Shown: one piece after another, positions 9,472-16,923 of the stretch
Layout: every line of letters starts with the position of its first letter
Numbering within the stretch: the stretch's first letter is position 1
NCBI GenBank assembly: GCA_026708285.1
Contig: JAPOVF010000399.1
Location: 46,669-110,668 of the forward strand
Direction of reading: 5' to 3'
DNA: 64,000 nucleotides
Source of the DNA: Acidobacteriota bacterium
Lineage (GTDB): Bacteria; Acidobacteriota; Thermoanaerobaculia; Multivoradales; Multivoraceae
Notes under the pieces: generated by a model
The model's database searches: none
Seen by the model: only the letters and a program-made list of their open reading frames with translations
Told to the model about the DNA's origin: nothing
Translations under genes and position numbers: made by a program

Positions 9472-11121
9472 GTGAATCGAGAACGGCTGCTCAGCTTCGC
9501 CGCCTGCGCGATACCCGGGCTTCTGGCCGGGATCCACCTGGCGGGGCTCCTCTTCTTTCTCAACCCTCACTTGCCGTTTCAGCCAGGGCCGGTGTTTCGA
9601 ACCAGCGCCTACTACGGTCTGCTCGGGGCTCTCAGCAGCACCGTGCTACTGGCGCCCATCTCCTGGCGGACACCCGAGCGCGCAGGGCGGCTGCTTCCCT
9701 GGTGCCTCGGGGCCGTGTTCGGCGCCGCGGCCGGCCTCGACCTGGCCCACGCGGCACTCTACGACCACTTCCTGCCTCCAGGCATCCACGATCGGCTGAT
9801 CAAGGCCGGGCTCTGGCTCGTCCTGGCCGCGGCCGTCACGTTCTACACGGCGTTCCTTCACACCTACCGCCGGCAGAGGCCCTACGGGGCTCGCAGCCGC
9901 TTCGGCATCGCCAGCCTCGCGGTCCTGACCGTGTACTCGGTCTTCGAACGGCGCGAGGCGTTCGAGCCGCCGCCGCAGCGGAAGCCGCGCGAGGCGGCGA
10001 TCGAGGCCGCACCACCGCCCAACCTCCTGATCGTCGGCCTCGACGGCGCCTCGCTCGACGCGATCCTGCCCCTCTCCGAGCAGGGGCTGCTTCCGTTCTT
10101 CTCACAGACCATGCGATCCGGCAGTTACGGACGCGCCGAGTCGGTCGAACCGGCGAGCCGTCTGCCTCTCTGGACGACGGTCGTGACCGGCAAGTACCCG
10201 TTCCGCCATGGGGTCGTGTCAGAGGCGACGCGGGGCGCGCCCTGGCTTGGAGGGGAACGTTTCCACCTGGCGCCCCGCGGTATCGCCTTCGGCGTCTGGG
10301 GCGATCGCGGCATGACCCAGGGTGGGCCGGCCGTGCTGCCTTCCGCTCCCTCCCTCTGGCAGATTGCGGCGGGGTTCGGCCTCGACGTGTTCGCACTCGA
10401 CTCCGGGGTCGGTCTCACGGACTCGGCCGTGGCGCGAGCCGCCGCGCTGGGTTCGGCCATGGAGGACGAGCGGCTGGCACGGCTCGGCGACGGCCCGCCA
10501 TCGGCGCTCTACACTGCGGCGCTCCGCGATCTGGAGACTCAAACCCAACTGCTGGAGATCCTGTCGTCGCGATCTCCGGAAGTCGATACCGGGCTCGTCG
10601 TCTTCGCGGTCATGGACGGACTGGCCGCAGTCTCGCACTTGTACTACGACTCCTACGAGGCCGTTCAATTCGACGGCGACCAGGAGCAGGCGCACGTCGA
10701 TCGGGCGCGCTGGCTGTCCGCCTACTACGCCTTCGTGGACGGCCTCGTGGCGGAAGCCTGGGAGCGACTGCCGCCGCCGCGGACGCTGGCGGTGGTCAGC
10801 GCGTACGGCTGGAGGCGGTCCGGACCCGTGCGCCGCCTGTTCGGCCTACGCGGCAGGGCGCCCGCCGGGGTAGGGAGCGGTTACCAGAACACGCCCGACG
10901 GGCTGCTTCTGCTCCGAGGACAGGGAATCAACGAGGACCGTCTCCTGACCCGGCTTGGCATCCAAGACGTGGCGCCTACGCTTCTCTACGCTCTGAACCT
11001 GCCGACCGCGCTCGACATAGACGGCCGTGTCCTCACAGAGGCCTTCGACGCGTCGACGCTGGCCCGCCGGCCGATCGCTTTCGTGCCCTCCTACGAAACG
11101 AAGACCGGTCCCGGGAGCTAG
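9472..11121 (+). CDS. membrane-anchored alkaline-phosphatase-superfamily enzyme (type I phosphodiesterase/nucleotide pyrophosphatase-like)
   Basis: Several N-terminal TM helices, then an AlkP-core-like region (LLIVGLDGASLD...WTTVVTGKYPFRHGV). The overlapping 575-aa frame starting at 9408 is Arg-rich junk. Confidence 0.5.
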   Translation: MNRERLLSFAACAIPGLLAGIHLAGLLFFLNPHLPFQPGPVFRTSAYYGLLGALSSTVLLAPISWRTPERAGRLLPWCLGAVFGAAAGLDLAHAALYDHFLPPGIHDRLIKAGLWLVLAAAVTFYTAFLHTYRRQRPYGARSRFGIASLAVLTVYSVFERREAFEPPPQRKPREAAIEAAPPPNLLIVGLDGASLDAILPLSEQGLLPFFSQTMRSGSYGRAESVEPASRLPLWTTVVTGKYPFRHGVVSEATRGAPWLGGERFHLAPRGIAFGVWGDRGMTQGGPAVLPSAPSLWQIAAGFGLDVFALDSGVGLTDSAVARAAALGSAMEDERLARLGDGPPSALYTAALRDLETQTQLLEILSSRSPEVDTGLVVFAVMDGLAAVSHLYYDSYEAVQFDGDQEQAHVDRARWLSAYYAFVDGLVAEAWERLPPPRTLAVVSAYGWRRSGPVRRLFGLRGRAPAGVGSGYQNTPDGLLLLRGQGINEDRLLTRLGIQDVAPTLLYALNLPTALDIDGRVLTEAFDASTLARRPIAFVPSYETKTGPGS

Positions 11122-11131
11122 GAGGCAGCTT

Positions 11132-11632
11132 CTAGCGCCGTCCGCCGTCACCCGTCGAGGACTCGCCGGCCGACCCCGTCGCGCCCGGCATAGCGAATCG
11201 CTGCAGAGCCGGATCGGCTTCCTCCGGTGTCGGCGCCGGCTTGCCGCCATCCACGATGGACGGTCTCGAGGGACGCGGCTCTTCGGCGGGACTCATCTTG
11301 CACTGACCCTGGAAGAACGCCCCGCTCGCGATGACAAGAGCGGGTGCGCTGATCTCGCCTTCGACGTGACCGTTCACGCCGATCTCAATCCGCTTCTTGG
11401 CCACTACCTGACCCTCGAGCCGTCCCGAGACGCTGAGTTCGCCCACATTGACGACACCTTCCAGCACGCCGCCTTCGCCGACGATCAACTCGCCTTCCGA
11501 TTCCACCGTGCCGTTGAAGCGGCCATGGACCCGGAACGTGTTCTTGAATCGGAGTTCTCCCTGGACCTCGCAGCCAGCATCGAGAAAGCCGTTCAGGTCG
11601 CCTGGGGAGCTGTTCTTGAGGATCTTCGACAT
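11132..11632 (-). CDS. bactofilin (polymer-forming cytoskeletal protein)
   Basis: Repetitive beta-helical bactofilin (DUF583) core (G-x-V-x-G-x-L pattern; FKNTFRVHGRFNGTVESEGELIVGEGGVLEGVVNVGELSVSGRLEGQV) with a Pro-rich C-terminal tail. Confidence 0.75.
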   Translation of the reverse strand: MSKILKNSSPGDLNGFLDAGCEVQGELRFKNTFRVHGRFNGTVESEGELIVGEGGVLEGVVNVGELSVSGRLEGQVVAKKRIEIGVNGHVEGEISAPALVIASGAFFQGQCKMSPAEEPRPSRPSIVDGGKPAPTPEEADPALQRFAMPGATGSAGESSTGDGGRR

Positions 11633-11658
11633 GGCAGGGCTCGCTCCGACGTTGGTTG

Positions 11659-12537
11659 TCACTCCGCCGCCAGCCGCTCGTAGATGCGGATCAGCTCGGG
11701 TTCGGAGTGGAAGTGGATCTTGAGGACGCCGCCACCCCCGCGGCGGCGGCTGATTTCGACGCGGGTCTGCAGTCTACGCGTTAACCGCTCGACTGCGTCA
11801 GCCGTGTGGGGATCGCCGTCCGGCTTGGCCGCCCTTCGCTTCGCGGCAGGTTTCGTCCGAAGCCCGGCCGCGATGCGCTCCAGCTCTCGCGCACTGAGGG
11901 ATTCGCGCTCCGCGCGGATGCCCAGCTCGATCTGGCTCTGTTCGTCGCCAAGCGCCAGCAAGGGACGAGCCTGGCCCGCCGTCAGCCCTCCGGACTGCAA
12001 CTGCTCCTGCACCTCGGCAGGCAAGCGGAGCAGGCGCAGGGCATTGGCCACCGCGGCTCTGCTCCGGCCAAGACGGCCAGCAATCTCCTGCTGCGAAAGC
12101 CCAAACTCGTCGCTGAGCGTCCGAAAGGCCTTCGCCTCTTCCAGCGGGTTCAGATCGGAACGCTGGAGGTTCTCGACCAGGGCGAGGCGCAGCATTTCGC
12201 GCTCGTCGTCCACGTCCCGAAAGACGACCGGCACCGTCGCCAGACCCGCCTGCCGAGCCGCCCGCCAGCGACGCTCGCCGGCGACGATCCGGTACCGGCC
12301 TCCGCGATCCGGCCCACCGGTGACGACGATCGGCTGGAGCACCCCGATCTGGGCGATCGAGTCCGCCAGTACCGACAGGGCCTCCTCGTCGAACCGGTCG
12401 CGCGGCTGCCGGCTGTTCGGTTCGAGCTCCGCCACCGGCAACTCGCGTTCCACCCGCGGCGCGGCCGGAGAACGGGCCCCGCTGTCGGCGAACAACTCAT
12501 CCAGCCCACGACCGAGGCCACGCCGTCTGCTGCTCAC
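11659..12537 (-). CDS. parB: chromosome partitioning protein ParB/Spo0J
   Basis: N-terminal RGLGRGLDEL, the ParB box (GERRWRAARQAGL) and an HTH region. It lies directly upstream of parA in the operon. Confidence 0.9.
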   Translation of the reverse strand: MSSRRRGLGRGLDELFADSGARSPAAPRVERELPVAELEPNSRQPRDRFDEEALSVLADSIAQIGVLQPIVVTGGPDRGGRYRIVAGERRWRAARQAGLATVPVVFRDVDDEREMLRLALVENLQRSDLNPLEEAKAFRTLSDEFGLSQQEIAGRLGRSRAAVANALRLLRLPAEVQEQLQSGGLTAGQARPLLALGDEQSQIELGIRAERESLSARELERIAAGLRTKPAAKRRAAKPDGDPHTADAVERLTRRLQTRVEISRRRGGGGVLKIHFHSEPELIRIYERLAAE

Positions 12538-12555
12538 GTGACTCCGATGGCGCGA

Positions 12556-13314
12556 TCAGGGCCGGCGGGCCGCGAGTTCCTGCGCCAAGCCCAGATACGC
12601 CTGGGCACCCTTGCTCTTGATGTCGTACTGCAGGACTGGCATGCCGTGACTCGGCGCCTCGGCCAGACGGACGTTGCGCGGAACCATCGTATCGCAGACG
12701 ATGGACCCGAAATGCCGGCGCACCTCGCGCGCAACGTCCCGAGACAGGTTCGTGCGGTCATCGTACATGGTGAGGATCACGCCGGCGATCGCCAGGTCGG
12801 GCCTTCCAAGCTCCCGGACGCGCTGAACGGTCGCCATCAGCTCGCTGATGCCCTCGAGCGCAAAGTACTCGCACTGCAGCGGTACGACGACCGCGTCAGC
12901 AGCATAGAGGGCGTTCAGGGTCAGTCGGCCCAGTGCCGGGGGGCAATCCACGAAGACACGTTCGTATTGCTGGGCAAGGCCTTCGAGCGAAGCGCCAAGC
13001 CGCCGGATCCACGCCTGGTCTCGCTGCAGGCCGAACTCCGCTCCCACCAGGTCCCGGTTCGCGGGCAGCAGGTCGAGGTAGGGAAACCCGGTCGGGACGA
13101 CGACCTCCGCGGCGTCGGCGTCCCCGGAGAGCACCTCGAACAGGGTGGGCGCGCGGCCCGACCAGCCGAGCCCGCGGCTGGCGTTTCCCTGCGGGTCGCT
13201 GTCGACGAGCAGCACCCTTCGCTCCATGGCGCCGAAGGCCGCCGCGAGATTGATCGCCGACGTCGTCTTGCCCACGCCGCCCTTCTGGTTGGCGACCGCC
13301 AGGAGGTCAGCCAC
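12556..13314 (-). CDS. parA: chromosome partitioning ATPase ParA/Soj
   Basis: Deviant Walker A motif AVANQKGGVGKTT. The start is set at GTG 13314, as the longer ORF to 13416 would overlap rsmG by 110 nt. Confidence 0.9.
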   Translation of the reverse strand: MADLLAVANQKGGVGKTTSAINLAAAFGAMERRVLLVDSDPQGNASRGLGWSGRAPTLFEVLSGDADAAEVVVPTGFPYLDLLPANRDLVGAEFGLQRDQAWIRRLGASLEGLAQQYERVFVDCPPALGRLTLNALYAADAVVVPLQCEYFALEGISELMATVQRVRELGRPDLAIAGVILTMYDDRTNLSRDVAREVRRHFGSIVCDTMVPRNVRLAEAPSHGMPVLQYDIKSKGAQAYLGLAQELAARRP

Positions 13315-13951
13315 GGCGGATCGGCCGAAGCAGGAGAAGCCGGCGGTGCTGGCTGTCGGGCAGACCCATTTCTTCTTCCACGGAACACATCGCCGCCAGC
13401 CCGGGCGCCAGTTCACGGCCAGCCCAGACCATCAGACGCCCACCACCCGGAAGCGCCTCGATCAGACGGGCCAATGTGACCTTCGGAAGCCGCACGCCGC
13501 GCAGCGCCACGAACTCTACCGCCCCGGCCAGGCGGCCTGCCGACTCCGGGTCCACCCGTTCCCGAACAACCCGCACCCCTGGAAGGTCAAGCTCCCGGAC
13601 CGCTTCCGCCAGGAACGCAGCCTTCCGTTCGCGCGCCTCCACCAGAACGACGCTCCGCTCCGGATGCAGGGCCGCCAGGACAAGCCCCGGAAAACCCGCA
13701 CCGCTGCCGAGGTCCAGAAGCGACATACCTTCGCCCTCGGTTCTTGACGGCCTCCAGTAAGCCCGAGCCGCAACCGACTCCGCATAGTGCCGCCGGACCC
13801 AGACCTCCGGAGAACCCTCGCCCACGAGGCGAACCACCCGGTTCCATCGCTGCAAGAGTTCCGCATGCCTGTTCAACCGTCCGATCACCTCCCGCGACAG
13901 ACGATCACCGAACTCCCGCCGAAACAACTCCTCATGTTTCACGTGAAACAC
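13307..13951 (-). CDS. rsmG: 16S rRNA (guanine527-N7)-methyltransferase
   Basis: GidB family motifs LLDLGSGAGFPGLVLA, EARERKAAFL. The start codon is a GTG lying inside a parS palindrome. Confidence 0.85.
   Translation of the reverse strand: MFHVKHEELFRREFGDRLSREVIGRLNRHAELLQRWNRVVRLVGEGSPEVWVRRHYAESVAARAYWRPSRTEGEGMSLLDLGSGAGFPGLVLAALHPERSVVLVEARERKAAFLAEAVRELDLPGVRVVRERVDPESAGRLAGAVEFVALRGVRLPKVTLARLIEALPGGGRLMVWAGRELAPGLAAMCSVEEEMGLPDSQHRRLLLLRPIRRG
13935..13950. promoter_or_regulatory. parS: parS centromere site (TGTTTCACGTGAAACA)
   Basis: Perfect 16-bp palindrome identical to the canonical parS consensus. It overlaps the rsmG start, just upstream of parAB. Confidence 0.85.
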
Positions 13952-13980
13952 CCTGCGAGGAGGGGCTCCAACAGGAACCC

Positions 13981-13996
13981 TGTTTCACGTGAAACA
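13981..13996. promoter_or_regulatory. parS: parS centromere site (TGTTTCACGTGAAACA), second copy
   Basis: Second perfect copy, 46 bp from the first. The two copies plus their spacer form a larger near-palindrome. Confidence 0.85.
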
Positions 13997-14121
13997 TGCA
14001 CGGCCTCAGTCCGCGAACCGCCCAACTCTTCCATCTCCCAGTCGAGGGTATCTCTCCACAATCGGACGTTCTGGAGCTTTCGTCCGAAGCACGCAGCCCT
14101 TTCGCCCCTTGCATGAAAAAA

Positions 14122-14186
14122 GCTCGTGCTCGCTGCTTCGCAGCATCGCGCTCGATGCGGACCAGAAGGTCCGCGCATGTATGGTC
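14122..14186 (-). repeat. partial copy of the 3' hairpin module of the ~340-bp repeat family
   Basis: gctgcttcgcagcatcgcgctcg...gcggaccagaaggtccgcg is the reverse complement of the tail of copy A (23440-23500). Confidence 0.6.
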
Positions 14187-14299
14187 CGCCCCGCTGATGC
14201 AAGGGCTTTTCTGGAGTTGGCGGCGAGAGGTGCAGTTTGCTCGCATGTATTCGGCCTGTTGACGGGAGTCTCGTAGACAGCTCCCTGGCCCCGATGGAT

Positions 14300-15700
14300 T
14301 CCGCGCGCGTCGGCCTCTAAACACCCAGACGGCCTCTTGATGGGCCCTTGCGCGGGCTCAGGCTTCTCGACGCGCCGGGACTGTCCTGTTTCGCCATCAC
14401 TCGTTCAAGTCCTCGCAACCGCTTGGTTGGTCATCCTCCTTCGTTGATCGTCCTTCGTCTGACTGAGGCGGTTCATGCCGCTCGGCTGGGCCCTGCCTGG
14501 TCAGCCCGGTAGTAGTCGTCACGTCGCAGCAGCGCCCAGGCGGTCCGCGCCATCTTGTTGGCGATCGCCACGGTGGCGATGTTCGAGCCGCGGTTCTTCT
14601 TCAGGGCCAAGGCCCGCTCCTTGAGTCGAGTCCGTTGACCCAGGTGAGCCGTGCGCAGCACCGACCGGGCGCCATGGACCAGAAGAGCCCGCAGATACCG
14701 GTCACCACGCTTGCTGATGCCCAGGAGCACCGTGCGACCGCCCGTCGATGCCTGTCGAGGCACCAGGCCGATCCACGCCGCCATCTCGCGGCCACTGGCA
14801 AACACCCGGGCGTCGCCGACAGCCGCCACCAGAGCCGTCGAGGTGATCGGCCCAAACCCCGGCACCGCCAGCAGACGACGGCACAACGGATTGTGCTTCG
14901 ACTCGTGCTCCAGCAGTGACGTCAGACCCGCTACCTCCTCACGGGCCCTGACCAGCGACTCGTACTGCTTCCACAGCAGCCAGCGAGTCATCGACGGCAG
15001 GCCGTTCGACGTGTCCGACGCGATGTCGGGTACCTCACGCCTCACCACGTGGAGACCCAAGGGCAGCACGATCCCGTACTCGCGCAGAAACCCGCGCATC
15101 TGGTTGCCCAGCTGCGTGCACAGGCGCACCTGCAGCTGACGCGTACGGTGCACCTGCTGCAACGCTCGACGCTCCTTCGTCTTGTGCGGCACGAAACGCA
15201 TCGTCGGCCGCCCCACCGCCTCGCAGATCGCTGCCGCGTCGTGGAAGTCGCTCTTGTTCGACTTCACGTACGGACGCACAAACTGCGGACTCATCATCCG
15301 CGCGTCGTGGCCCAGACTCTCCAGCTTGTCCACCCAGTGGTGAGCACCGCCGCAGGCCTCCAGACCCACCAGACACGGCTTGAGTCTCGACATCAGCTCC
15401 ATCAACCCGGGCGCCTTCATCTGCTGCTGCAGTACCGGCTCACCGGCCCCGTTGACACCACACACCTGGTACACGTGCTTGCCCAGATCAATGCCGATTC
15501 GACTAATCTCTTCCACGGTCCGTCCCCCCTTGTCGCTTGGGTAAAAGCACCCATTCTGGCCCTCGAGAGGCCGTAAAGGTGCGGGGCGGACCATCCCATT
15601 ACCCAGAGCACGGCCGTCAGGCGGCGACACTCCCTACAGCAACCTGACTGTTTCCGTGCCCGCCAGCGACGCGGTTCAAACGCCGCCCCAAGTCAGCCGT
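14300..15700 (-). mobile_element. IS110-family insertion sequence (approximate ends)
   Basis: Recombinase CDS with ~170-200 bp non-coding flanks on each side. It is inserted between rsmG and jag next to a REP-like hairpin. This family has no terminal inverted repeats, so the ends are not resolved. Confidence 0.6.
14473..15516 (-). CDS. IS110-family transposase/recombinase (DEDD RuvC-like N-domain + Transposase_20 C-domain)
   Basis: N-terminal IGIDLGK (the DEDD first Asp). C-terminal region LLAVPGFGPITSTALVAAVGDARVFASGREMAAWIGLVPRQASTGG matches the IS110-family C-domain. The start is set at GTG (VEEISRIGIDLGK), preceded by GGGGGGA. Confidence 0.85.
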   Translation of the reverse strand: MEEISRIGIDLGKHVYQVCGVNGAGEPVLQQQMKAPGLMELMSRLKPCLVGLEACGGAHHWVDKLESLGHDARMMSPQFVRPYVKSNKSDFHDAAAICEAVGRPTMRFVPHKTKERRALQQVHRTRQLQVRLCTQLGNQMRGFLREYGIVLPLGLHVVRREVPDIASDTSNGLPSMTRWLLWKQYESLVRAREEVAGLTSLLEHESKHNPLCRRLLAVPGFGPITSTALVAAVGDARVFASGREMAAWIGLVPRQASTGGRTVLLGISKRGDRYLRALLVHGARSVLRTAHLGQRTRLKERALALKKNRGSNIATVAIANKMARTAWALLRRDDYYRADQAGPSRAA

Positions 15701-15794
15701 GAAACCCAGAACCCCCCTACCTGACAAACAGCGCGGGGCGCGCCCAAACGCCGACGACCTCCAGCCTGCCCGGGGCCGGAGGAGGGGCTCCCAG

Positions 15795-16085
15795 GGGGCT
15801 GTCGGCAAGCGACGCCCGACGCGACTTCATGAACCACCGCGGAACCGGAGCGCAGCCGACCGCAGCGAGCGTCCAACCTCCATTCATCCGGTAAACGCGA
15901 GCGGCCCCTGGGAGCCCCTCCTCCGGCTCCGGGCAGGCGCGTGCGCCCGACGCCCCCGCATGCACCACCGCCGAACCGGAGCGCAGCCGACCGCAGCGAG
16001 CGTCCAACCTCCATCCATCCGGTAAACGCGAGCGGCCCCTGGGACCCCCCTCCTTCGGCCCTGCCCAGGCGGGTGGGGCCCGACG
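15795..16085. repeat. tandem direct repeat, ~141-bp unit x ~2.1 with an inverted partial arm at 15763-15790
   Basis: The unit gaaccaccgcggaaccggagcgcagccgaccgcagcgagcgtccaacctccattcatccggtaaacgcgagcggcccctgggagcccctcctccggc starts at 15821 and again at 15962 with few mismatches. cctgcccggggccggaggaggggctccc at 15763 is the reverse complement of the unit end. Confidence 0.8.
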
Positions 16086-16103
16086 ACCACCAACCGAGGC
16101 GCG

Positions 16104-16904
16104 CTACACGCTGCGGATGTTGACGCGTTTGAAGTAGCCGTTGCCCTGGCTCTCGGTTTCGACGTCAGGGTCGTCGGCCAGGGTCAGGTGGACGATGCGG
16201 CGGTCGGCGGGGTTCATTGGACGCAGGGTGCGGATGCCGCCGCGGGAGACCACCTCGTCGGCGACACGGCGTGCGAGGCCTCGGAGACGTTCTTCCTTCC
16301 TGCGCTGATAGCCGCCGCTGTCGAGGCGGCACGGCACGATTCGTCCCAGCTCCCTGAACATGACCCGCGGCAGGAGGTGCTGGAGCGCCAGCAGGACCTG
16401 GCCTTCGTCCTCCACGAGGAGCTCCTGGTCCACTCCCTCGATCTCGACCTCCAGCCGGCCGTCGGCCAGCACCATCTCCGCCGACACCTCGAGGTCGGCC
16501 AGCTCCAGCAGTTGCCGAAGCGCCTGCTGGGCAATCTCCAGGATCTCCTCGGAATCCACGGCCGGAGAGTCCACGTCCTCCGGCGCCACCATGTCCGGCG
16601 CCGGCGCCTCCTCCGCTGCCTCCGCCAGCGCATCATCCGAGTGAACCGATGCGGACTCAGCGGCCGTCTCGCCGTCGCGTTCGTCGGTTAGTTCGTCGGT
16701 TGCTTGATGCGCCTCCGAGCGCGGGCCGACCTCTTGCGGGTCGACACGGATCACCACCCGACGGCGCTTGACGAATCCGTGTCGCTTCTCGACCCGGTCA
16801 AACACCACTTGGTCGGGCGATACGCCGAAATGGTTCGCGGCCGCCAGCACCGCTCTGGCCTCCGTTTCGCCTGAAAAGAACACGTTCTTGGTTGGTGTGT
16901 TCAT
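16104..16904 (-). CDS. jag: Jag/KhpB RNA-binding protein (KH + R3H domains)
   Basis: C-terminal R3H-like LRPMNPADRRIVHLTL and an acidic linker. It follows yidC as in the conserved rpmH-rnpA-yidD-yidC-jag cluster. Confidence 0.75.
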   Translation of the reverse strand: MNTPTKNVFFSGETEARAVLAAANHFGVSPDQVVFDRVEKRHGFVKRRRVVIRVDPQEVGPRSEAHQATDELTDERDGETAAESASVHSDDALAEAAEEAPAPDMVAPEDVDSPAVDSEEILEIAQQALRQLLELADLEVSAEMVLADGRLEVEIEGVDQELLVEDEGQVLLALQHLLPRVMFRELGRIVPCRLDSGGYQRRKEERLRGLARRVADEVVSRGGIRTLRPMNPADRRIVHLTLADDPDVETESQGNGYFKRVNIRSV

Positions 16905-16923
16905 CTAAGTCCCGTCCTGTGCC

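Noticed and set aside
8554-9570. 63-aa N-terminal extension of pyrK
   Set aside because: PyrK homologues begin near MAALDATGRV. The extension has no homology and is probably read-through upstream of the true ATG at 9381.
9408-11135. 575-aa alternative frame over the AlkP-family gene
   Set aside because: It is an extremely Arg/Gly/Pro-rich repetitive translation. The +1 frame (9472-11121) has TM helices and phosphatase-like motifs.
13932-14324. 130-aa ORF and others across the parS/REP region
   Set aside because: It overlaps the parS palindromes and a repeat fragment. The region is better explained as non-coding centromere/REP DNA.
15763-16085. Possible CRISPR array
   Set aside because: There are only ~2 long (141 bp) units with no unique spacers, and no cas genes in the window.
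15676-16123. Several 60-110-aa ORFs with repeated peptide segments (…RSAADRSERPTSIHPVNASGPWEPLL…)
   Set aside because: The repetition is at the DNA level (the 141-bp tandem repeat), and ORFs occur in both strands and several frames. There is no evidence of coding.
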